Position numbers and translations under genes: made by a program. A DNA stretch of 64,000 nt from Parcubacteria group bacterium GW2011_GWA2_43_13 (GTDB taxonomy: Bacteria > Patescibacteriota > Patescibacteriia > UBA9629 > GWA2-43-13): positions 7,087 through 71,086 of the forward strand of contig LCFM01000005.1 of assembly GCA_000999025.1 (NCBI GenBank), given 5' to 3'. The notes below the pieces were generated by a model. That model saw nothing but the letters and a program-made list of their open reading frames with translations. It did not search any database and was not told the DNA's origin. Below, one piece after another: positions 27,364 through 36,066 of the stretch. Position 1 is the stretch's first letter. The number at the start of each line of letters is the position of its first letter.

Positions 27364-28781
27364 TATTTATTGTATTGGTAAGTTTGCCAGCATATTTGAT
27401 TCGGTTTGAGGTTTTTGGTATTCCAACCACGCTTTTGGAAATGGGAATTTATGCGGTGGCGTGTCTCCCGCTTCTTTACAATGAGAATCCGCTCCGTCAT
27501 CTGGCGGATGGCGGAGGGGTGAGGTGGAAGAAGAGATTCGCTGAGATGTTCCATCTGTTCAAACCATACCTCTGGCCATTACTGCTCTGGCTGGGAATGA
27601 CAACAGTGTCTGCTATAGTGAGCGCTACGTACGGGGATTGGATGTTGGGTTTTGGGATTTTGAAGGGATGGTTTTTTGATCCATTGTTGTTGACGTGGGT
27701 GGTTATGGCGTGTAGAGACGTGGCGGTGCCGCGTCTCCGTGGGAACGTGCCAGGTGGAGACGCCCCAGCGAGGCGTCTCTACAATATGCGTCTATTACTC
27801 GCCACAGGCCTTCTTGCTTCTGCGCTTATAATCAGCGCGTATGGATTATTTGATTACATGATGGGTTGGACGCGTGATGGTAGGTTAGATGCATTTTTTA
27901 AAACTTCAAATTATGTGTCCATGTTTATTGTGCCGGTATTGATATTGGGAGTAGGAATGATTGTAGAGACGCCCCCCTGGGGCGTCTCCGTCGCGCGCTG
28001 GAAATCGGCGCTGATGATCATTGTCATGATTATGATAACTACCGCTCTTATCCTCACCAATTCTTTTGGCGGCTGGATAAGCGCGTTGATTGGGGTAGTT
28101 GTTTTTTTCGTTTTTTTCTTACGACACCAAACACCCCCTTCCTGTCCCTCTTCCCATCACAAGGATGGGGCACAGCAAGAGGGGAGCGATCGTCGTCCCC
28201 CTCTCCTTTATAAGGAGAGGGTAGGGGTGAGGTGTTGGCGCATAGTTTTTATACTCATATCTCTCATGGTTCTTGGTGCTTTCGTCTGGTACGGCTTACC
28301 CCGTCACTTTACTCACCGCAACGAATTTTTTAATGTAACATCTTCCCAACTGCGACAAAATTTATGGCGTGTGGCAGGGGATATGGTGCAAACCCATCCG
28401 ATACTTGGTGTGGGGCTGGGAAGATTTCAAAAAGAATTGCCAATTCTTATAAAACAAAAACCGCACCTTTTGACGGTTCAAACGATATTAGTTGATTTTC
28501 ATCTTCCGCATAATTTATATCTGACAATCGCATCAGAATCCGGGCTCATCGCCTTGCTTGGTTTTCTATGGTTTATCGGGTTATGGTTATGGCGTGGAGC
28601 AAAACAATACATATCAACCCGTGATCCTATACTTCTCGGCGCACTCTGCGCCATGCTTACTATTCTCATCCACGGCTTTGTAGACACTCCATATTTTAAA
28701 AATGATTTATCGATATTGTTTTGGATAGTAGTGGTGATTGGAGTTTTGTCATCCTCAGAACGGAAGTATACCGTTTTGTAG
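27348..28781 (+). CDS. O-antigen ligase/Wzy_C family membrane protein with four in-frame repeat-derived insertions
   Basis: R..LW..A.DM..HPILGVGLG, PHNLYL..ASESGLI, HGFVDTPYFKND; insertions at 27465-27524, 27712-27782, 27963-27990, 28132-28232. Confidence 0.9.
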   Translation: MQQILIFIVLVSLPAYLIRFEVFGIPTTLLEMGIYAVACLPLLYNENPLRHLADGGGVRWKKRFAEMFHLFKPYLWPLLLWLGMTTVSAIVSATYGDWMLGFGILKGWFFDPLLLTWVVMACRDVAVPRLRGNVPGGDAPARRLYNMRLLLATGLLASALIISAYGLFDYMMGWTRDGRLDAFFKTSNYVSMFIVPVLILGVGMIVETPPWGVSVARWKSALMIIVMIMITTALILTNSFGGWISALIGVVVFFVFFLRHQTPPSCPSSHHKDGAQQEGSDRRPPLLYKERVGVRCWRIVFILISLMVLGAFVWYGLPRHFTHRNEFFNVTSSQLRQNLWRVAGDMVQTHPILGVGLGRFQKELPILIKQKPHLLTVQTILVDFHLPHNLYLTIASESGLIALLGFLWFIGLWLWRGAKQYISTRDPILLGALCAMLTILIHGFVDTPYFKNDLSILFWIVVVIGVLSSSERKYTVL

Positions 28782-28829
28782 AGACGGGGTTCCATAATCA
28801 CAAGGGCGTGGCAAGAACCCTGTCTCTAC
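28778..28829. repeat. Family A element supplying both stop codons of convergent genes
   Basis: GTAGAGACGGGGTT..AACCCTGTCTCTAC; TAG 28779-28781 ends the ligase, CTA 28826-28828 ends valS. Confidence 0.9.
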
Positions 28830-31660
28830 GCAAGCTTGTTTAATTTTTTTTGCGCTTGGTGGAGTTTAGATTGTTCGGTTTGTATGACTGCTTTGGGCGC
28901 CTTTGCGAGGAAATCTTGATTTGAAAGTTTTTGCTCAAGAGATGTGATGTAATGTTCCAATTCTTTTTTTGCTTTATTGATTTTTTTATCATCGCGCGGG
29001 ATGTGCAGGGTGAGGGAGATACCATGTTCGTGGATAGTGTGGCCTTGGGTGTTTGTTTTGGTTTGATTGATAAATGTTACGCGTGCCAGTTTTTCGATGA
29101 GGAGGATATTGGGGGATATTCGGCGTTGTAGAGACGGGGTTAACCCCGTCTCTACAACGAGCGACGGTTCTATTTTAAACTCCGCCCGCGCGTTGCGGAT
29201 GGCTGTGATGATGGCACGGATAGTGGCGTGGTGTTTGAGGGCAGGTGAGGATTTAATGGTTGGTGATTTGGGGTAGGGGGCGATGAGGATCAATGACGAC
29301 GACACACCCTTCTGCCCCCTCTTAATAGAGGGGGAAACATCGTCGTCGTCCCCCTCTCCTTTACAAGGAGAGGGTAGGGGTGAGGTTAAGGAGGGGGTGG
29401 TATTTAATTCTCCCCACACTTTTTCCGTAATAAACGGGATAAACGGATGCCAGAGGCGTAACAGAGTTTGTAAAATATATAATAATATTTCGTTTTTTCC
29501 CTGTTCAATCTTTACAATCTCCACATACCAATCTGCAAATTTATCCCAGGTGAATTCGCGCAATTTTTCTCCGGCTGGTGAAAATTCAAAATTATCCATG
29601 TGCTTGGTAACATCATGGATCAAGATATCTAATTCTGCCAAAATCCATTCATCACTTAATGTTTGTGCTTTTGGTTTTTTTTCTATCAACTGTGGTGTAT
29701 CAACGGTGGTAAGAATAAACCGCGAGATATTCCAGAATTTATTGATAAAATTCCTAAACCCTTCAATTTTTTCCTCATACATTTTTATGTCATTACCCGG
29801 GGTGGAGCCGATAATTAAGGATAATCGCAACGCATCTGTGCCGTATGTTTGAATCATCTCTACTGGATCAATCCCATTGCCTAATGATTTTGACATTTTT
29901 CTGCCTTCTTTATCCCGCACCATCCCGTGAAGATACACGGTTTTAAAGGGGATTTGTTTAGTGTTATAGGTTGTCATTAAAATCATACGCGCAACCCAAA
30001 AGAATAAAATCTCATACCCTGGCGCCATGACTGAAGTTGGGTGGAATGTTTTAAAATCAGGCGAGCGTTTCAGCCATTCGGCAAGGGATTCATCTTTTTT
30101 TATTTTCGTATCAAGTAGGGTTGAAAATGTCCACAAGGCAGACGAGAACCATGTGTCCAATGTGTCCGGGTCCTGGGTAAACGTGGTGCTTCCACAGCGC
30201 TTGCATTTTTTAGGTTGCTCAATACTGGCGAGCGGGGGGCACGATTTTTTGATTTCGTCCGCCAGCTGGCGGATCGGATTTCGGATTTTTGTTTCGCAAT
30301 ACCAAACCGGCACTCTGTGTCCAAACCAAATTTGGCGGGAAATGCACCAGTCCTGTAAATTATTTATCCAGTGAAAATATGTTTTTTTAAATCTGCTCGG
30401 CAAAATTTCAATATCCTCGGATTTAACCACATCAATGGCAACTTCCTTGAGTGTTTTCTTTTTTCCTTTCCATACAACAGCTGGTTTATCCACGCTCATA
30501 AACCATTGCAAAGAAAGATACGGCTCAACCACTGCATCACAACGATAACAATGCCCAATATTATGTATGTGTTTTTCTGTTTTTTTCAGCAGTCCACGTT
30601 GTTGTAATTCCTCAATAATAAGTTTGCGAGCATCAGCAACAGCCCAGTTTTTGTATTTTCCGCCGTGATCATTGAGTGTGCCGTCAGGGTTGAGGATATT
30701 GATATATGCAAGATTGTGGCGTTTAGCGATTTGATCATCATTAAAATCATGCGCAGGAGTTACCTTTACCGCGCCGGTTCCAAATGAGGGGTCCACATGT
30801 CTGTCCGCAATGATTGGAATTTCGCGATTTGCAAGCGGAAGGGTAACAGTTTTGCCAATAAGATGTTTGTATCGTTCATCTTTTGGGTTGACTGCAACGG
30901 CCGTGTCGCCGAGCATGGTTTCCGGACGGGTTGTTGCGACGGTTATTTTGCCCCCCCCTCCTAAGGTAGGATGGGGTGGGGGGAGGTCTGAATTTTTTAT
31001 CGGATAATCAATATAATACAATATTCCTTCTGTTTCCGCGTATTCCACTTCGTCATCCGCAAGCGTGGATTCACATCTTGGACACCAATTGACCAACCGA
31101 TTGCCGCGAACAATCAATCCGTCGTTGTACATGTTTACAAATACTTTTTGTACGCATTTGGTAAGCACAGGCGACATGGTATATGCTTCGCGCGACCAAT
31201 CGCAACTTGCGCCTAATTTTCGCAGTTGATGTTCTATGGTTGTTTTTGATTCTTCAACATACTGATTCACGCGTTCCAAAAATTTTTCACGCCCTAAATC
31301 GTGCCGGGTTTTTCCTTCTTGCGAGATTAGTTTTTCTACCTTATTCTGAGTGGCAATAGCGGCATGATCCACACCCGGCACCCATAGTGTTTTTTCTCCT
31401 TTCATGCGGTGATACCGTACAATCACATCGTGCAGAGATGTTTCCATGGCATGGCCAAGATGCAACACCCCGGTTGCGTTCGGCGGTGGCATCATTAAAG
31501 AGAATGGCTTTATCTTTTTTCCTGAATAATGATCTGGATTAAAAAATCCTGACTGCTCCCATTGTCGGTATATGCCATCCTCAATTTTTTGAGGATCGTA
31601 TTGTTTGGGTAATTCGGCCTGTTTCCGCGTTTTTGATAGTTTTTTAGTGCCTTTTTTCAT
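28826..31660 (-). CDS. valS: Valine--tRNA ligase with repeat-derived insertions
   Basis: PPPNATGVLHLGH, DWCISRQIWFGH, KMSKS, C-terminal FLAKAPKAV coiled coil. Confidence 0.98.
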   Translation of the reverse strand: MKKGTKKLSKTRKQAELPKQYDPQKIEDGIYRQWEQSGFFNPDHYSGKKIKPFSLMMPPPNATGVLHLGHAMETSLHDVIVRYHRMKGEKTLWVPGVDHAAIATQNKVEKLISQEGKTRHDLGREKFLERVNQYVEESKTTIEHQLRKLGASCDWSREAYTMSPVLTKCVQKVFVNMYNDGLIVRGNRLVNWCPRCESTLADDEVEYAETEGILYYIDYPIKNSDLPPPHPTLGGGGKITVATTRPETMLGDTAVAVNPKDERYKHLIGKTVTLPLANREIPIIADRHVDPSFGTGAVKVTPAHDFNDDQIAKRHNLAYINILNPDGTLNDHGGKYKNWAVADARKLIIEELQQRGLLKKTEKHIHNIGHCYRCDAVVEPYLSLQWFMSVDKPAVVWKGKKKTLKEVAIDVVKSEDIEILPSRFKKTYFHWINNLQDWCISRQIWFGHRVPVWYCETKIRNPIRQLADEIKKSCPPLASIEQPKKCKRCGSTTFTQDPDTLDTWFSSALWTFSTLLDTKIKKDESLAEWLKRSPDFKTFHPTSVMAPGYEILFFWVARMILMTTYNTKQIPFKTVYLHGMVRDKEGRKMSKSLGNGIDPVEMIQTYGTDALRLSLIIGSTPGNDIKMYEEKIEGFRNFINKFWNISRFILTTVDTPQLIEKKPKAQTLSDEWILAELDILIHDVTKHMDNFEFSPAGEKLREFTWDKFADWYVEIVKIEQGKNEILLYILQTLLRLWHPFIPFITEKVWGELNTTPSLTSPLPSPCKGEGDDDDVSPSIKRGQKGVSSSLILIAPYPKSPTIKSSPALKHHATIRAIITAIRNARAEFKIEPSLVVETGLTPSLQRRISPNILLIEKLARVTFINQTKTNTQGHTIHEHGISLTLHIPRDDKKINKAKKELEHYITSLEQKLSNQDFLAKAPKAVIQTEQSKLHQAQKKLNKLA
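29124..29159. repeat. Family A perfect 36-bp palindrome inside valS
   Basis: CGTTGTAGAGACGGGGTT|AACCCCGTCTCTACAACG, translated as VVETGLTPSLQR. Confidence 0.92.
29295..29401. repeat. Family B doublet inside valS
   Basis: CCCCCTCTTAATAGAGGGGG plus CCCTCTCCTTTACAAGGAGAGGGTAGGGGTGAGG; encodes TPSLTSPLPSPCKGEGDDDDVSPSIKRGQKGV. Confidence 0.88.
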
Positions 31661-31760
31661 ACTATTATAGAGTAGCGATTTTTAGCGGTTTTATCAACAA
31701 GTATTGGCCCAACGCCCTCTGTATCTCTCTTTCGATGTGCGATGCGAATGAAGGCAGTTT

Positions 31761-32897
31761 TTATTTTAGCCGCAGATTTGGATCTGCGGTTATTTTTCTG
31801 TAATCTGTTTTTTGTTTTGAGTATTTTGTTTTTACCAATGCGGCGATGGCGATCATGGCGGCGTTGTCAGCCGAGGTGCCGGGGAGAGGGAAGCGGAGAT
31901 CAGTTTTCGGTTTTCGGTTTTCAATTTTCAGTTTTTCTGTGAGTTGGTTTCGGAGGTGTTGATTTGCGGCGACACCGCCACCGACAACAAGGGTTTTAAT
32001 ATGGTAGTGTTCAACTGCTCGCAGGGTTTTTATAACTAACACATCAATTGCCGCGTTTTGAAATTCGCATGCGACTTGCGCGCGATTATAATCGGGGTGT
32101 TTTTCTATCAAATATCGCACTGCGGTTTTAAGTCCCGAGTAACTGAAGTTGAAGTCAGGAGAATCAATCATCGGGCGAGGGAATGTTATGGGCAATCCTA
32201 ATCTACTAATAACATCCGAATCTACGAATACGGGGCTGTCGTCTGTAGAGACGGGGTTAACCCCTCTTCTATGGTGTATTATTTGTAGATTAGGATGCAT
32301 TCGTATATTGGGATTGCTCCATTCGGATGCCTCTTGTTCTATCGCTGGACCGCCAGGATAGGGAAATCCTAAGAGTTTTGCTACTTTATCAAATGCTTCG
32401 CCCACCGCATCATCAATCGTTGTCCCGATAATCTCAAAATCATAGTGCTGTTTCATAAGCACCAATTGCGTGTGTCCGCCAGATACCAACAGCGCAAGCA
32501 CGGGAAATTGAAAATCATCAACATTTTTTAGTGTTGAGTAAATATGGCCAGCCATGTGGTTTATAGGAATGAGCGGTTTATTCCATGCCAGTGCCAGCGT
32601 TTTTGCCGTCTCTACGCCGATATGCAATGCCGCTATAAGACCGGGGCCCTGCGTTACGGCAATGCCGTCTATATTTTGATACGAAATATGAGCGGCATCA
32701 AACGCTTGTGTGATAACAGGGATGATATTGAGGATATGGTTACGCGCGGCAATTTCCGGTATGACGCCACCATATTGTGCGTGAATTTTGGCTTGCGATG
32801 CGATGATATTTGACACAATAGCAATAGCACCATTTGTTTCTTGTACAATGGCGGCCGCGGTTTCATCGCATGATGATTCAATTCCAAGGATGATCAT
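31761..32897 (-). CDS. tsaD: t6A37 threonylcarbamoyltransferase TsaD with about 40-aa repeat-derived insertion
   Basis: ILGIESSCDET, HMAGH, LVSGGHT, DDAVGEAFDK, FSYSGLKT, DNAAMI. Confidence 0.96.
   Translation of the reverse strand: MIILGIESSCDETAAAIVQETNGAIAIVSNIIASQAKIHAQYGGVIPEIAARNHILNIIPVITQAFDAAHISYQNIDGIAVTQGPGLIAALHIGVETAKTLALAWNKPLIPINHMAGHIYSTLKNVDDFQFPVLALLVSGGHTQLVLMKQHYDFEIIGTTIDDAVGEAFDKVAKLLGFPYPGGPAIEQEASEWSNPNIRMHPNLQIIHHRRGVNPVSTDDSPVFVDSDVISRLGLPITFPRPMIDSPDFNFSYSGLKTAVRYLIEKHPDYNRAQVACEFQNAAIDVLVIKTLRAVEHYHIKTLVVGGGVAANQHLRNQLTEKLKIENRKPKTDLRFPLPGTSADNAAMIAIAALVKTKYSKQKTDYRKITADPNLRLK
32192..32317. repeat. Family D element with nested family A copy (32245-32272), in frame in tsaD
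   Basis: 126 bp, GCAATCCTAATCTAC..GTAGAGACGGGGTTAACCCC..GTATATTGGGATTGC. Confidence 0.85.
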
Positions 32898-33018
32898 AAT
32901 ACTTTCCACATTAACGGAATTTTGTTTTGCGGTAAAGTATAGTTGACTTGATATGAGGATTTCGTTATCCTTGCTTATGTTTAGATGAGACGAAAAGGTG
33001 TTATACACATGAAATCAA

Positions 33019-33090
33019 GGCCCCTTCGTCTAATGGTTAGGACGGCAGGTTTTCATCCTGTAAACAGGGGTTCGATTCCCCTAGGGGCTA
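33019..33090 (+). tRNA. tRNA-Glu(TTC)
   Basis: Anticodon arm GCAGG-TTTTCAT-CCTGT, GGTTCGATTCC. Confidence 0.95.
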
Positions 33091-33093
33091 CAT

Positions 33094-33126
33094 ATAAAAT
33101 AACCGCCGTAAAAGCGGTTATTTTAT
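33094..33126 (+). terminator. Terminator after tRNA-Glu
   Basis: ATAAAATAACCGC-CGTAAAA-GCGGTTATTTTAT. Confidence 0.7.
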
Positions 33127-33194
33127 ATTAGTGTTTTAATATGAGATATGGCTTTAGTTGCGTTTTATTCAGCTGTTTTCTATACTATCACTAT

Positions 33195-33674
33195 ATGAAT
33201 AGTGTATTGCATCGCATAAAAAATTTATTTACAAAAAAAGACACAATACATGACGAGCAAAATGATAGTTTAGAACGTGCGTTTACTCAACCACGCGCGT
33301 CTTCTGATGAGTGGGTGATGGTTAATGAGGGCGAGGAGGGATATTTATCTGTTGATGTATTCCATACGCCAACAGAAATTGTGATTCGCGCGCCGATCGC
33401 CGGAGTACGGCCGGAACACATTGACATTACAGTGAACAATGATATGGTAATTATTCGAGGTGGCAGGGAACGAGCAGATGATTTTGGAGTTACTGAATAT
33501 GTGGTTCGCGAGTGTCACTGGGGAGGTTTTTCACGCACCATTATTTTACCTGTTATTGTGTCATCCCATCGCGCAATCGCTGTGTTTAAAAATGGAGTGC
33601 TCATCGTTCGCCTACCAAAAGCACATGAACAAAAAAAATCTTTAGACATTACAGTTGAGGAGGGGTATTCTTAA
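33195..33674 (+). CDS. Hsp20/alpha-crystallin family small heat shock protein
   Basis: LSVDVF, APIAGV, ECHWGGFSRTIILP, FKNGVLIVRLPK. Confidence 0.9.
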   Translation: MNSVLHRIKNLFTKKDTIHDEQNDSLERAFTQPRASSDEWVMVNEGEEGYLSVDVFHTPTEIVIRAPIAGVRPEHIDITVNNDMVIIRGGRERADDFGVTEYVVRECHWGGFSRTIILPVIVSSHRAIAVFKNGVLIVRLPKAHEQKKSLDITVEEGYS

Positions 33675-33676
33675 TA

Positions 33677-33898
33677 ATGATTCCTATGATTGCGGGGGTG
33701 ATTGAACGATTTGATGATTATTATGTTGTGATTCGCACTCGTGAGGGGGAGATTCTGTATTGGCCAAAACGAGATATACCCAAAGATAGCGTTCCTGGTG
33801 CTATAGTATATGCAATGCTTTCTTCTCAACCGTATACTCATCCTTTGCAAGTGGATCCAAAGCATATTCTCAATACGTTATTGCTTGGATCAGAATGA
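33677..33898 (+). CDS. Small hypothetical protein (DUF3006-like)
   Basis: GVIERFDDYYVVI..WPKRDIP; translationally coupled on both sides. Confidence 0.6.
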   Translation: MIPMIAGVIERFDDYYVVIRTREGEILYWPKRDIPKDSVPGAIVYAMLSSQPYTHPLQVDPKHILNTLLLGSE

Positions 33899-35832
33899 TT
33901 ATGGAGACGAAAGAACATGAAAAGGCGCGTGCGCGAAATTGGAAAATGATAGTCATGCTCCTTGCAGGAGCTCTTCTTATAGTTGCGGTGGTCATTGTTC
34001 TTGGCGCGTATGGGTATGTTTCACGCTATCAGAACAAAATGTTTCCTGGTATATCAGTGGGGAGCTACTCCTTAGGAAGTAAAACAAAAGAAGAAGCGCG
34101 TCAGGTACTTGTAGACGCGTTGCGTCCTTATAATGAACAGGGGATCGTTGTTGCATATAATGATCGAGCCCTTGCTTTTCCTCCGGTTAATGTTGCGCCT
34201 TTTGATCCTGATATTTCACAGGAAGTGTTTCGTTTTAATACAGATGAGAGTATTGAATACGCATGGAGTATTGGTCGTCGAGGTGGCACATTTGTTCGTT
34301 TTTTTGAAAAAGCGCAGGCATTATTTTTGGGGAAAAAGGTTCCATTGCAGTATAGTGTCAACGAAGACGTTCTTGTTACTGTTTTAAAGGAGAATTTTGG
34401 AGACAAAGAGCATCCGGCGCGCGATGCCTCTCTCGTATTTAATAATGACCGCACGTCAGTTGATATTGTGCCTGAAGAAAGTGGGTGGATTTTTGACAGA
34501 GGAATTTTTTTAAAAGATTTTAAAGATGCCATCGCATCAACATCATTTGGCCCCGTTCAATTAAAACAACAAAACGATACTCCCTCTATTGGAGTGGAAG
34601 ACATACGAGTTCTCCTGCCATCGATTGAGCGTATGATCACAATACCGTCTGTAACGCTTACGTTTGAAAAGAGGTCATGGGTCGTCTCGCAGAAGGTATT
34701 TCGAACATGGCTTGATTTTGGGGTAGGAGATCAGACGGAAGAAACATCACTTGTTATCAACAAGAAAATATTTGGCGAGTACGCAATGCAAAACTTGGAA
34801 AAAGCAATTAGAATTTCCCCAGAGGAACCAAAATTTGAAATTGATCCTTTAACAAAAATGCTTAAAAGAATGAATCAGGGAGTATCTGGTCGTGATATTG
34901 ACATTGAAGCGACTGTGGCAGAGATAGAACAACGGGTATTTAATGATCAGCTTACTCGCGTGACCATTCAAACAAAAGAGGTATTTCCGCGCACTTCTGA
35001 CGTTTCTTTGGATGATTTGGGTATTCAGGAAATTTTAGGCACAGGGCATTCGAATATGAAAGGAAGTCCGAAAAATCGGCGTCATAATATTGCGGTGGGA
35101 GCTCGATCGCTTCATGGTATTATGATTGCGCCATCAGAGGAATTTTCATTACTTCATGCATTAGGTGAGATTAACGCGAAATCGGGGTATCTTCCCGAAT
35201 TGGTGATTAAGGGGAATAAAACAATACCTGAATATGGAGGTGGGCTGTGCCAGATTGGGACTACGACATTTCGAGCAACGCTCAAAAGCGGATTGCCAGT
35301 TCTTGAAAGGCAAAATCATTCTTACCAGGTTCCTTATTATATAGACGAAAAAGGCAGGCCCGGCACTGATGCGACTATTTATGATCCTTCGCCTGATTAT
35401 CGGTTTTTGAATGACACAGGCAATTTTGTGCTTATTCAGACGCGTATTGTTGGAGATGATATTTATTTTGATTTTTGGGGAGCGAAAGACGGGAGATCGG
35501 TATATCAATCAGAAACAAAAGTGTGGGGCATTGTGAAGCCGCCGCCGGCCAAGCTTATTGAAACGACAGATATTCCTCCTGGAGAAAAAAAATGCACAGA
35601 ACGGCCGCATAACGGCGCAAATGCCGAGTTTACGTATGAGATTATATATGCTTCTGGTAAAAAAGAAGCACAAGTATTTACATCACATTACAGGCCATGG
35701 CAAGAAGTATGCTTGGTCGGGGTTGAAAAAATAGAAGATAGCCCGGTAGATATTTCCGATACTCTTTTAATACCTTCTGAACAAGCAGGATCATCTGAAG
35801 ATTCTGCTGAAGGGGCTCAAACTCCAGAATAA
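33895..35832 (+). CDS. VanW family membrane-anchored protein with peptidoglycan-binding (PG_binding_4-like) region
   Basis: N-terminal TM; RRHNI, GGGLCQIGTTTFRA, ERQNHSY, GTDATIY, DYRFLNDT. Confidence 0.88.
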   Translation: MIMETKEHEKARARNWKMIVMLLAGALLIVAVVIVLGAYGYVSRYQNKMFPGISVGSYSLGSKTKEEARQVLVDALRPYNEQGIVVAYNDRALAFPPVNVAPFDPDISQEVFRFNTDESIEYAWSIGRRGGTFVRFFEKAQALFLGKKVPLQYSVNEDVLVTVLKENFGDKEHPARDASLVFNNDRTSVDIVPEESGWIFDRGIFLKDFKDAIASTSFGPVQLKQQNDTPSIGVEDIRVLLPSIERMITIPSVTLTFEKRSWVVSQKVFRTWLDFGVGDQTEETSLVINKKIFGEYAMQNLEKAIRISPEEPKFEIDPLTKMLKRMNQGVSGRDIDIEATVAEIEQRVFNDQLTRVTIQTKEVFPRTSDVSLDDLGIQEILGTGHSNMKGSPKNRRHNIAVGARSLHGIMIAPSEEFSLLHALGEINAKSGYLPELVIKGNKTIPEYGGGLCQIGTTTFRATLKSGLPVLERQNHSYQVPYYIDEKGRPGTDATIYDPSPDYRFLNDTGNFVLIQTRIVGDDIYFDFWGAKDGRSVYQSETKVWGIVKPPPAKLIETTDIPPGEKKCTERPHNGANAEFTYEIIYASGKKEAQVFTSHYRPWQEVCLVGVEKIEDSPVDISDTLLIPSEQAGSSEDSAEGAQTPE

Positions 35833-35835
35833 AAA

Positions 35836-35994
35836 CAAAAAAGCCCAGAACAATCTCTAGACAAGAGAATTACGTAGAGGCATTTCTGAGCCGGAGCCCA
35901 GAGAACCCTCACACGCAACCCCCATGCTTGTCGTGTCTAGAGATTGTTTTGGGATCTTTCTATTTTTGTCGTAGAATGCAAAGATGTATAAAGA
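35836..35994 (-). ncRNA. Candidate orphan structured ncRNA (110-nt rod at 35844-35953)
   Basis: Promoter TTGACA-17-TATCAT at 36029-36001; 20-bp outer stem, G-U-rich inner stems, 3' U-run. Confidence 0.65.
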
Positions 35995-36066
35995 CCGAAC
36001 ATGATACCATGAGTTTGCTTATATGTCAAGGATTATTTTATTTGTCCTTGTTTTAGCTAAAAATCT

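Noticed and set aside
26125-29401. Recurring palindromes as a CRISPR array
   Set aside because: Irregular spacing, mixed orientations and families, location inside genes, and no cas genes in the window.
35844-35953. SRP 4.5S RNA or retron msr-msd
   Set aside because: No CAGG/GNRA/AGCAG helix-8 motif and no reverse transcriptase nearby; kept only as an unnamed RNA.
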